DNA from: the human T2T-CHM13v2.0 reference genome, Homo sapiens
Assembly: GCF_009914755.1 (NCBI RefSeq)
Contig: NC_060932.1
Length of the DNA stretch: 64,000 nt
Strand: one strand, 5' to 3'
Below the pieces are notes generated by a model. That model searched no databases, was not told where the DNA came from, and worked only from the letters and a program-made list of their open reading frames with translations. How positions within the stretch are numbered: position 1 is the stretch's first letter; each line of letters starts with the position of its first letter. A program made the position numbers and the translations under genes. Shown here piece after piece: positions 15,034 to 34,929 of this stretch.

Positions 15034-17266
15034 TTTAGAGTATATATTTTATTCTGTAATATATATTAACTCATTTGAGATGCCTATTTGGAGAGGCATG
15101 TCTTCCAAGGATTTTAGAAAAGAATTTAAAATTGTCTTCAAATATTTGAACATGTTATTTGGACTAGTTATTTTGGGGCTACTATTCCAGAACACACTGG
15201 ACTAGAATTGTTTTCTGTTAAAGTACCCCTTATTAAAACTTTTGATCATATATATAATATTAAAAATAGTATTATCCTCATTGCTATTATATTATGCCAT
15301 TCATAGAGAATGAATGATGAGGCCAGTGATGGGGGTATGTTATTTTAATAATATATTCTATTTGGAGGTTGAGACTTTGGATGAGAAAGGGGAATTCAGG
15401 AATTTAATCAAGTACTGAATAAAGAACCAGAGTCAGAGAACAGAATTTCACTTTCTGAACCATCACTTAATATAGTTGTTTCTTACCCCTGACCTAAAGC
15501 TCATGCATTATTCCTTCTGTTATCTTCCTGTCTTCCCTCACCCCTACTCCTAGCCCAAATTAATTGTTTCCTAAGTGTTCCCCCTTTTCTTCCTCAATTT
15601 TGTTTATCTAAGCACTTACAATCTATATTTTAATTTTTTCTTCCTTCTAAGTTGTGGGATAATGGAGTGCTGGGTTGAAAAGTGGAGGATTAGAAGGGCG
15701 TTACAGTGGTACCACTGGCTACCTCAAGAAGTTATTTGATCTAGTCATTGTCTTCAACCAGAACGGAAACTATCAATATCTTGTTTCTTAGTGGCTTGTA
15801 GAGACTCTCCAAGTACCCATGGTAACTTTTTTTTCATATCTAAAGCCATTAAGCAAAATTTTATTTCTTTTGTTCCCCCTTGTCTTAAGGCAATTTAGGG
15901 TTAGTTTTTTATTGCATTAGAGTATTAGGTGAAGTTGAGTCTCTTAAAGAAAATTCCTTGTATTCCTGGTAAGAATTCCTCCTTCACCTTTCAGCTTCAT
16001 TCTCATATACATTAAAATGCTTTCATTCAGATTCTTTAATCATAGATAATTTTATGAACTATCCATTGAATTTCCTCTGATTTTTTAATATTCTTTTCGG
16101 AATAAGGATGCATGGTTCCACTAAACTCTTACTTATCTGGTTTGTGGCAGAGAATGAGACCTATAGAAGAAAATTTAAACTTAAATGAACAGTGCTGGCA
16201 ATTTACTTGTTGTGGTTGTTTTTAAATAATGCACTGGTCCTACAAAGTGCTTAGAAAACCTTACTTAAGGGATCAACCTGTTCATTTTAAGTAGTGTTGC
16301 TTGTCATTGCGTTACTCACTAGTCATTTACTACAGTAGCTACTACATTGACAGGTAAATGACCATAGAACTGTCAGCCTGTGTAGCAACACTACTTATAG
16401 ACTACTTCTAGAATCTTGCAGTTTAGAGCTGTAGAGCAGCCAAGATCCCTTTATAAGGAACATTTAAATAGACTTATGTTCTCATTAGCATAAACACCAC
16501 TAGTAGTTGAACTGGAATATCAATTTTAAAATTCTGAATTGCTAAAAAACTGATACTTTACTAGTAAATCAAGAAAAAAATTAAAATATAACCTGTAAGG
16601 GCCAGTTGGTTAGTTATGTTAACAACATATGAAATATGTAGGTTGCATTTGTGCATTTTTGTACAAATCAATACAGTAAACTTCTTAGTACGTTTTGACT
16701 TTGGTGATGTTGGTTTGGTGTAGGTTAAATTGTAAAATTTAAGGTTGGAAATGAAATCTGAAAGCTGCTGCAAAAATAATGGAATTTAATTTAAAGTATT
16801 GCATGTTTACATGAGACAGAAGGATACATTGCATGATCTTACAGCATTTTATAGGTGGTTGACAAGAAATTGTATTTGGAGTTCAACGTTGTAACTGCAT
16901 AGGGATAACTTTAGTAATTTAAGATAAAGGAATACTTAACACAGTACAGCATAAATTCTGTTTTGTTTAAGGAATTTTTAAAAAATTTATCTCAAAATCA
17001 TTTTTTCAGAAATTTGAGCATCTTTGTAACAACAGTTTGGCTGCTCCAGAAACGTAGAATAGAGCTTTGTTTTTATTTATTGTAGAAAATTGTGAATTTA
17101 ATGGGGTTTCTTATAACATATTGATAAATCAGACAGAAATTTGGCCAGTCTTATGTTCTGACATCCAAAACTATATTAGGTGAACTCAGTGTAAAGACTC
17201 ATTGGATCATTTAAATAATAGACTGTGACTTAGGTTTTTTCAGTATTTGTCTTGTGGTTCATAAAG

Positions 17267-17500
17267 AAAATGGCTAAATAGTAAACCTGAGATAATTGGA
17301 TTAAATGATTATTTTTAACAAGTCCCAAACATTTGCAAGGAAATAGAAAAATCAGGAATTAATGTTAAGATTTATAGTTACTATATTAATCTTTTCATAT
17401 ATGGCCACTTTATGCAAGTAAGAGAACAGTTAATTTTTTTTTGTTCAATCAGTTCAAGTGTTTTAGATCAAATAAAATATTCTTTTATATATTCTGAAGA
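17267..17500 (+). repeat. Dispersed ~225-bp direct repeat, copy 2
   Basis: Colinear with 13561-13785. Confidence 0.9.
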
Positions 17501-18319
17501 ATTAATTCAGTACATTCTCTGAGTGTCCCAAGAGGTACAGTGTGGAAAGGATGTTTATGGTGATTTACTTGTAAAGTAAATGTTACCCTTACTCTGCATC
17601 CTCAGTTCAGTGCTTTACGTACAGTCATAGGCTATTCTTCAGAACATCCTTAAAAGCACAGTACAGAAAACAAGATGAAAGTTTTAGATTAAGAGACTTT
17701 ATTCATTTTCTTCCAGACTCTCCCTAATAAAATTTCTTCTGAATTTCCCATATGAATTCTAAACATTTTAAATATCAGGCTTCTAATAACACTTTTTTGT
17801 CCATTTATTTATGTTGAAATTCTACTGGTATTGCATTAATCTCATGTTGATAGGAAAGGATAAAAAGTTGGCTCACATGTTTTTTTATAGCAGGGTGGTC
17901 AAATATAATAGTGTTGCTTATTTTTCTTAATGATGAAATAGTAAAATGATTCCAAGGCCTACTTAGAGAAGAGCTTAGACTTCAGACAGTGCTTTATCTA
18001 CATGAGGGAGTAATCATAATTCTTCAGACATGTAAGTATCAGAAGTCTTTTTAAATAATAGTACTTAGTCTATTTAAATAGTATTAGGTTACTGGCAGCT
18101 TTGTAGTGAGAGTTTGAATTTTTGTAGAGTTTATATATTTTAGACAAGAATCTGACATTTAGAAATGTAACATTATTCTTAAATTTTAAAATTGTTTTTA
18201 TCTGAAGGGGGTCAGGGACATGTAAAATTAATGCCCAGGAAATCTGTTTTTGGAGAAAGATGTGCATGAAAAGTAAAGGCCACATATATGGTGATTTTTA
18301 AACTTTACTTTCTTTTAAT

Positions 18320-23360
<5,041 letters not shown>

Positions 23361-24210
23361 TTTCTCATGAGGCTTTTGTACTTATTTCTTGCGTACTACA
23401 TTCCATTTTATTCTTTATATAATCTGTTAGGGTACCCACAGAATATTTTTCTATAAGGATATATTTATATTTCAAAATTTATATAATTATACTTACTGAG
23501 AAAATAAGATGTGACTTCTAAGAATTGACAGTTTTGACGGTATGTGATTCACATGTTAAAGCCTCTTCTGAGCACATTATATTTAATTTTAGCTTTTATT
23601 TTGCCTAACATATAAAAATGGATTCAATGTTATAGTTAATGAAAACAATGTCAGATTATTTTGTTACCTTATGTTGCTTATACATGGAAGCATTATTTTG
23701 AAATTCAGTGTCTCTCAATCGTTTATATGTTGCAGAATTTTATTGTTTTGAAGCTTAGACATTCTTATAATTTTTATTAATTAACAGAGGTTGTTACCAT
23801 GATAAAATTTTAGTATCTTTGATTAATAATGAGGTCCATTACATACAGGAAGACATGTATTCTCCCACTCTATCTGTGGTAGATCAGTGATTATTTCTTT
23901 TTTATTATGAGGTATGTCAGACATGCAAATAGAGAATAATATAATGAGTATCACAGATCAAAAAGAAAGTCAATTTTTTAATTTCCTCATGATGATCTTT
24001 CTCCTGTTTCACCATATCAGAGTTGGACACTATTCTAAAGTTAGAGATTATTATTCCTGTGCCTGTAAATACTTTTAGTATACATATGTATGCACATATA
24101 TATGTATCATTTTAAAAATATTTAAGTTTCATATTGTTTTGCATGTTTTGATTTGTTTGCTATTTGTATTCTTTTGAACATTTATTTAATATTAAGTTTG
24201 GAAGAGTTTT

Positions 24211-24608
24211 TGTATTAGGTCGTTCTTGCATTGCTATAAAGAAATACCTAAGACTGGGTAACTTATAAAGAATAGAGGTTTGATTGGCTCACAGTAGGCT
24301 GTACAGGAACGTGATGCTGGCATCTGGTTGACTTCTAGGGAGGCCTCAGGAAGCTTAAAATCGTGGGGGAAGGTGGAGGTGGAGTAGGAGAAAGAGAGAA
24401 TGGAGGGGGAGTGCTACACACTTTTAAATGACCAGATCTCATGAGAACTCACTCATTATCATGAGGACAGTACACAGGGAGATGGCACTAATCCATTCAT
24501 GAGAAATCCATCCCATGATCCAGTCACCTCCCACCAGGCCCCACCTCCAACACTGGAGATTACAGTTTGACATGAGATTTGGTGGAGACACAGATCCAAA
24601 CCACGTCA
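24211..24608 (-). mobile_element. MSTA (MaLR) solo LTR
   Basis: TG...CA ends (TGTATTAGGTCGTTCTTGCATTGCTATAAAGAAATACC...CAGATCCAAACCACGTCA). 5-bp TSD GTTTT at 24206-24210 and 24609-24613. Confidence 0.92.
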
Positions 24609-26934
24609 GTTTTTTTTTTTTTCCAGTTTTTTTCAAACAAGACAGGCTTTATTTAGGTCACTAAAAGTAATGTTTTACGGAAAGGGAACCATAACATTGC
24701 ACAACAAAGTATGCTGTAAAATCTCAAACAAGAAAGGCAGTGCTTTCTTTAGGTCACCAAAAATCATGTTTCACTGTTAGAAGCAAATGTATAGCTGCAT
24801 TTTTTCCCCCAATTCTCTCTATAATACTTTGAGACTACTTTGCGGTTTCCAAATATAAACTAAAATTTGTTGGACAGAGTTGCTCAGTCTCATCAATAGA
24901 ATAAAAATAGCTTGCAAAAAATTTTTGTTTAATGCCAACAAATAACAAAACAATGTGGTTTCTGCTTACTAACTCCAACATCTAGTGAAATGGCCTAACC
25001 TATGTATACTTTCATGAACATTTCACTGTGAACGCAGTTGCCCTTTTTTTCTGCCATCACAGATAGCCTCCTTAGTAGCAAGTATCTTGTCAGAGCACTT
25101 TCGGACACCCAGGAAGTAATTCCTAACAGAATAACTATAGTTATGTGGGCAACTGAAACAACAGGGCCCACCTCTGCCAGAGTCCCCACGTGGTGTTGCT
25201 TTTGTGCTCTGGGTAAATAAGACCCAGCACCTTGTTAGTTGGAACAGTTGGAACCCAGAGTGCAGAGCTAGATGGAGGAGTTGTTGTTACAGACCCATCA
25301 ACACTTTAATAAATTGCCGGGGGTTTCTAGGTGCTATAGTATGCCTCATAGGCAGCAACATAAGCCAACTCTGGGAAGAAATCATCATGGTATATATTCT
25401 GCTAAAAACTTCAGAAAAGATCAAAGTGTTTCAATAAAGCCTTCAGATTCTTCTCAGACTAGGACATGTTTCCAAGGATTTCTGGAAGTTTTACCAAAAG
25501 TCACAGCAAATGTTGTGCCCCATAAATGTGAAGGGGGTGGAGGTGTCTGGTCACCTGGGTGGTAATTATCAGGCACAAGCTTCCACGAGAGGACCTCATT
25601 TATTTAATTAGTTCTTTTCCCTTCAAAGCCAGTAAATGCAGCACTTTCTTCCTTGCTAGGAGGCTGAGGAATAGTTGAAGATGATGCACAGGTGTTTTGT
25701 TCTCCAGGTTCAGGAGCAGCCTGGGGCATGCTAGTAGATGTGGCCTGCTGCTGGCACTTGGGCGAGGTGACGCCTGCTCTCAGCCAGCCTGTTGCAGTTG
25801 GTGGTGTGGCACGCGGACCGCCTCAGAGCCTGCAATGCTTCCGGCTTGGCTTTGTGCCTTTTGTGGGTGGCTGGTTCAGCTGTGGTTGTCTGACTCTCTG
25901 TGGACTGTGGTGTGGATGGATTCAACAAAGGTGGGCTGGGAGAGAGCTCCCCCTGGCTCATTTTATTGTCTGTGGTGCTTTCCGTAATTGAAAGAAAACA
26001 CTTAGCTGAAGTCACCTTTTTATACTGAGCTTATTCCCATGGATAGATTATAACTGATGCGGTAGTGTAATCAAAGGTTATTCTTAACCCATCCACCATC
26101 TCCTTACAAAGGTCAGCATTCTTTTCTGCTGGGAATTATTATAATGCACCTTCATGTTGGTGTGCCGCATAGTGTGGTGGTGGCAAGGCCTCTCACTGGC
26201 TGAAAAAGCTGTGTTGATAGCAAAATGCTTCTCGTAGGACTCCAAAATCATTATGATGTTGGTCTGTCGTGGAAGTCTCATTAACTGTTTCCTTCTGTTA
26301 ATGTAGTAACGATCACTCTCAAGCTGCTTGTTCAGAACTTCGGGGATTTCTATAGTTAATATTCTTTCTTCCATTTCCCTTTCTGTTTACAGCTCCAGTT
26401 CTTGCACTTAAGTCTCTTCTTCAATAACACTTCCTTCACTTATTTTTCATCCTTGTCTTCACTACTGTTGGAGAACTGCTTATTGAATTTTCAGCATTTT
26501 CATCTTTGTCTTCAACTGGGGGGCTTTTTTAGACAGATTTGATGCCAGACAGCCTGCAGCACTTCCTTCTTCCTGTGCTTCTCAGGTGAGCTGCAGCTTT
26601 TCTTGCCAATTCATGCTGTCATCCTTGATTTGCACCTGTATTACAGTGTACGTGATCTTTGGCTGCCCATCTATCACAGCTTCCGTTCCAACTATTAAAA
26701 TGTATTAGATATTCTGGGATCTTTCTGCCTTTTTTGTCTTTCCCACCAATAACATCAGCAATCTGGGTCAAACCCCCAGGCGTCCCACCAGAGCCCACGT
26801 GGCACTGGGCTGCACAGGAGGAAAGAAGATTTAACGCAAAATAGAGACCATAGTCAAGAGGCCTCCTCCACTAGCTGCAAGGCCAAACCGCAGCCTGGCC
26901 TGGACAGCGCAGACACAAGGCTCCCGACTGGGGC
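24609..26934 (-). pseudogene. Processed pseudogene of MSL3 (MSL complex chromo/MRG-domain subunit), disabled by frameshifts and stops
   Basis: Minus-strand translation gives [52 protein letters not shown] and [20 protein letters not shown], intronless. Remnant CDS about 26762 to 25306. AATAAA at 24648-24653(-), poly-A at 24610-24622. TSD TGG(A/G)AGAGTTTT at 24199-24210 and 26935-26946. Confidence 0.95.
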
Positions 26935-27093
26935 TGGGAGAGTTTTCCATTTTGAGTTCTATAATTCTTAATTCAGGCACTTAATTGCTATGTAGTAATT
27001 CCAGTTTTATGAATACAATGTACTGCAATTATTTTTATTGCTGATGATTTATTTTTAGAATTTGGTAAAACAATTTTAGATTGTATACTCTTT

Positions 27094-29396
<2,303 letters not shown>

Positions 29397-30331
29397 GTAT
29401 ATTGTTTCCTTATTGATGTGTTTTCGAATTTCTCTTGGTCTATACTTAGGTTGAAATTGCTGAGTTATAGGGTAGGTATGTCTTTTACTTTATTGGATAT
29501 TGCCAAATTACTCTAAAGTAGCAGTACCACATTATATTTCCTTTAGAAGAGCAAGAGACTTCTTGTTACTTCATATTATGTCTTCACCCATATTTGTATT
29601 GTGAGACTTATATGGATTTTTGCTGATCTGAATGCTAAGTCATTGCAGGTTTATTTTGCCCTTCCCTGGTTATTAGTGAATTTGAACTTTTTTTTCAGGT
29701 TACTCAGATGTTCCTCTTTTTTTTTCCAGTTAGTTTTTTTCTTCTCATTGGTTTGTACAATTTTTTATATTGCAGATTCTAATTCTTGGCAATTATATGT
29801 GTGGCTTGCTTTCCAATTTTTTATATAATGAGTTTTGATGCATGGGAAATTTCAGTATTAAAGTAGTCAGATTTATCTGTCTTTTCTTTTACGGTTTGTG
29901 TTTTGTGTGGCTTGTTGAAGAAATCCTTTTCTACCTTGAAATTTTAAAGATATTCTGCATATTTTAAAAAATATTTTCAAGTTTTCCAAGTTTTCCTCTT
30001 TTCATTTAGGAATTGAGTCTTGCCCATCTCATTCTTTGGTGTTAGTTAGGAATCAATTTTTTTCCTTGTATGGATAGCTAGTTCTCCTTGTACAATTTCT
30101 TGAATAATTTATCTTTTCTCCTTAACCTACAAAGCCATCATTGCTATAGTATGCAATGCTAGGTATGCAATACTATAGTATGCTAGGTATGCATTGCTCT
30201 GTTTCTGAGCTCTTTAGTCTGCTTGCTTTTCTTTTTCCTTATTTTTATACCGATGTCTTAATTACTGAAGTGTTATAGTTCTTGGTATCTTCTAGAGCAA
30301 ATCTGCCCACCTTAACCTTCTTTTTCAAAAT

Positions 30332-30590
30332 CAGGGGCTGGCAAACTATTTCTATAAGGACCACATAGTAACTATTTTAGGCTTTGTAGGCCATACAGCC
30401 TTTATTGCAACTGCTGAATTCTGTCATTGTAGTGCAACACCAACCGTGGGCTATATAAAGGAATGAGTTTGGTGGTATTTTGTGTAACTTTCACATATAC
30501 ACATTGTTATATATTTTTTCTTTTTTTCAATTATTTAAAATTGTAAAACCATTGTTTGTAAGCCATATAAAACAGTGAGTAGAACTTTGA
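30332..30590 (+). mobile_element. MER58B-like hAT-Charlie MITE
   Basis: CAGGGGCTGGCAAACTATTTCTATAAGGACCACATAGTAACTATTTTAGGCTTTGTAGGCCATAC... Confidence 0.8.
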
Positions 30591-30644
30591 CTTTTACTTA
30601 AAATTGTCTGTGCTATTTTTTTATGCCCCTTTTCTTATATACAC

Positions 30645-33320
30645 TTTTTGTGAAGTTAAGCTTCTTATTTTCCCTACATGAGCAAAAGGTTATTTAAAAT
30701 TCTTCAGTCACCAGTGAAATAATGAGGCAGGAGAAAAAGTTCTTTAGGTGGTAGTCTTGTCATCAAAAATAAATACAGTTGCATGGAACTGCTCAAGATC
30801 TGAATCAAACTGAAAACCGGAAGGCAAGGGGCTGAAAATTAAGAACCCCTCCAACCATGAGTTATTCTTCAGGTCAAGGGAGGCGAGGGCAGGGAGAAGT
30901 GTCTAGCCATGCCATCTTAGAGCAGAAGGCCATAGCTGGATCAGATCCAATTCTCATGACACACACAAGGAACTACACTTGTGGCACCTGAGCTGGATTC
31001 AGATAGCAGAGTGGGCAGGCAGGTGGGCAGGCAGAGCAGTGGTTGGATGAGCTTAGAGCTCAGTACTATAGCTCCATCATTCTGTTCAGAGCACTGCCAA
31101 CATGGAACCATTGAATCAGGGTCTTGTAGAAGTTCGTGGTTCAGGAGGATGGTTTCCTGAATCCTCTTGGAGTTCTTGATGATACATTTGAGGGGCTTGA
31201 CAGGGCAAAGCCTTTCCAGCCTTGGATGATGAGATTACACGCAGGGTAGATCTTATAGTTTGTCATGTCAGTAAAGGTAAGGGACAGCAGGTTGGTTTCT
31301 TGAAGCTAGTTTCCTGGATCCTGGTAAAGCTCTTGATGATGATGCCCTGTCTCCCAAGGTGGCAGGGTTCTAGTGGTATATGCTCCCAGCTTGCCATGGC
31401 TCTCATCTCTGATAACCATCTATCTGATGGCATGTTTCTTACAGTAGTGGGCCTTCTCCTGGTGACAACATTACCTAAGGAGTTGGCATTTATTGTTTTC
31501 AGTGTTTATGGCACCAATAAGCAGGTTATTGGAGATGTTGTACTGGTGCCTCAATAACTTGAACCATATGCCAATATTCAAAATGTAGTGAGTGGTATGC
31601 TTCCTTTTCACTTTTGTAAGGATATGTGAATCTGTAGGTCATCCAGGTCTTTGCCTTCCCACTTGTCAAAAGGCTCCAGGAGCTGTAGGCACTTGTTGGG
31701 TGTGCTCATATCCACCCTCTGCCTACTGATATCCTTGTGGTAGGGGTGCTGGTAGTTGTCCTTCCTGGAGTCAACTCTGCTTAGGGAAGCTCATCTGCAT
31801 CTGGAGCCTCCAATTTGTACTTCTTCCCATACATGGTTGTCAGGAAGTAAATCTCTTGGTTGAAGTTGATGGTGACAGAAATGGCCAGGGCTTGAGGATC
31901 TCTAGGGACATGATGAAGGCTTGGGCCTCAGGTTTGCTTTATTGTGGCCTGTCAAGTTCCTCTTGTAGGAGGTGAAGATTGCATTTTTCTCCATCTTTAT
32001 TATGTCCTACCTGTTCCACTGGCCAATGCAGGGGCCACAGACAGTGGCCAGGACAATGCCTGCCATATCCTATGGGATCTGTGAATAACTCTTATGCTCA
32101 ATATTAGTGTAGATCTGCTTAGATCCCAGTGCTGTGGTGAGCTGTGACTTGCACTTGAGCCCATGAGCTAGCACTTGCTTGGCCATAGCTGTTGAGCACC
32201 TGATGTCCTCATAGCTTGAGTTGGTACAGCTGTTGATCAGACCCACTTTGATGTCCAAAGGCCATCCCTCCTTCTCCACCACAGTACCTACTTCTTCCAC
32301 AGTGTGGGCTAGGTCGGGGTAAAGGGCTTATTTACATGGGGCTTCAGCTTGTTGAGGTTAATTTTTACCTGTCATTTATAATGGCAATCAGGGTCAGGTA
32401 CCAAGTGATCCTTGATTTTATCTTGGATTGGCATTGTCTCCTTAGCCTGTCTTACCCAGTTATTGCTTTATTCCGTGGTTCTAAGAGAACACTGAGGGCC
32501 CCAATTTCTACACCCGTGTTCAGATTATCATCAGGCCAATGTATGAGATGGGCTGTATGCTAGGCTGCTGGTACTCCACAGTACGCGTGTGCCACCTTCA
32601 GGATCACATCTGTGGATCAGATCTAGCTTGAGATTGTGCCTGTCAGCTTCACACCATTCATCTTGTGGCACTTCAACTCCTAAATAATTTCAATCCTGCC
32701 GTCCACTGCATCAGCCTCCCCAGCTCCAGTGTATATGCTCTGCAAGCCACCACTATTGAGGTGTGGGAGTAGTGGAATAAGAAGAATCCTGGGGTATATG
32801 TAGCTTTCAAGAATGATCTGGTGATTGATTCTAGGTCCATCTTCTAAAAGCCCACACTGTAGTTCACATCTGCAGTTGCTAGGAAATTATACTTTCTGAT
32901 TTATGTCCTTGGCCTGGCACAGACCTTTCTTTTCCCTGAGCTGAGCCTTGTCTGGTGATCACAGTGGATGGTGGATGATATGGCCATTTGGCCACCTCTC
33001 TGCTTATGAACTGCACTGTGGCCATACGGTCCATAGTATCCTGAATGCCTATGCAGGTACATCTTACTCTGTTCAGTTGCCTGGGGTCATCTAGGTATCC
33101 ATACATGATCTCCAAGAGGATCAGAGCCTGGTTCAATCATTCGTTAACACTGTTAATTTTCTTTTCTAGGAGGTCATAGTGGATATACTTGTTGACTCCA
33201 GTTAGCTCATGGTCACCTTGGCCTTTTGGCACAGGACTGATGCCACATGATATTTCTGCACACTGGAGGGCTTTCTGCAACAGGGTTACTAATAGAGTAT
33301 GCCTGCCATAAGAGTTCTCT
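30645..33320 (-). pseudogene. Processed pseudogene of mitochondrial aconitase ACO2, full-length CDS remnant plus 3'UTR, heavily disabled
   Basis: Minus-strand peptides [65 protein letters not shown] and SALNRMMEL are colinear with ACO2 and intronless. ATG remnant at 33307-33309, stop at about 31060-31062. Many frameshifts. The 3' boundary is approximate. Confidence 0.95.
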
Positions 33321-34052
33321 ATTTCGTACAAAAATCAATTTTATGGCCTATGTTTTTAAGTTGCTAACAAAATAAACTCGCTTTCTAGCCCATATTTAGC
33401 ACATTGCATTTGTGATTATAGATGAAATCAAGATTGTTAAATAAAGCAGTCATGAAAATAAACTTTTCAGATGACATGCAAAAGTTATTTGTTTTACCTC
33501 TGCAGTGCTAAACATCATGGACATAAATTAGATGATGTTAGTTTCCCTGTGGAACCATTTAAAACAACTATCTATTCTAAAAGTCAAATATGGTGATTTT
33601 GATCAGAGGATTAGTGTTGACATTAACATTTTAAAGTTTGCTTTAAATGATATAAAATTGGTCATATCATTTTATCTTCATGGAATAATAAAGTACAATC
33701 ATTACTTATAAGGAGGAACCACCTAACAAATGCCTTTATTTTTCAGTAATTTATAGTGTTTTGTTCTTAAGTATAAATCACTTGTTTCCTGCCATAATTT
33801 TAATGATACAATGTTAATATATAGTTAAAATAATTTATTTTTTTTAAACGCACATGAAATTGAATTGGAGGAGTTTTTTTGTAGCATGAAAACATGCTGC
33901 CAATTGCCCACTTTGAATATTATTCTGAGAAAATTTATAACACTTCAAGTATGTCAGTTTTTCATACTTGAAATGGATTACTTCCTGACTCACTAAAAGA
34001 ATAGAAATATATTTTTAAAGGATATGAGATATTTTTTATATTTGAAAATAGC

Positions 34053-34404
<352 letters not shown>

Positions 34405-34506
34405 TTATTGGAGGTACAACTTAAGATCCCCCACAAATGTACCAAAAACTAAATCTAGAATCCATAATGGAGAAAATCACATTTAGCACAGTATGTATTT
34501 TATGAT

Positions 34507-34657
34507 TAGAGTTGCCAGGTAAAAATACATGATGCCTGGTTAAATTTGAGTTTTAGATAAACAACAAATAATGTTTGGGACACGCTTTTATTGTTAATCT
34601 GAAATTTGAATGTAGCTGATCATCTTGTATTTTTATTTGCTAAATCTGGCAACCCTA
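34507..34657. mobile_element. MER53 palindromic hAT MITE with central deletion
   Basis: TIRs TAGAGTTGCCAG...CTGGCAACCCTA, internal inverted arms, 8-bp TSD TTTATGAT / ATTATGAT. Confidence 0.85.
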
Positions 34658-34929
34658 ATTATGATTCAGTGTTTAAAAATATATAATTATAGATACATAC
34701 TTTTCTATAATCGTTGAAAAAAGTCTTCGAGAATATGCAGCAGAATATTAATGGTGGCTGTTTCTGGTGGTTAGAGGGGAGGAAGGAAGATTTTAAATAC
34801 TTTGTATTCTCTACATTGTGTTAATTTATTTCAGTATATACGTATTTTTTATACTTAAGTCACTTGTTTTCGGTGGAGTGGCAAAGATACAGTGGATGGC
34901 AAAAATATATAGAAATATCTGATACTTAA

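Noticed and set aside
15652-15821. Possible 170-nt exon (TTCCTTCTAAG ... ATG/GTAACT) containing a 14-bp palindrome CAGTGGTACCACTG
   Set aside because: Stops in all three frames and a mediocre donor. One 14-bp palindrome in 64 kb is not remarkable.
24995-25991. Plus-strand ORFs over 25.0-26.0 kb (and 31222..31557)
   Set aside because: Antisense shadows of the MSL3 and ACO2 retrocopies.
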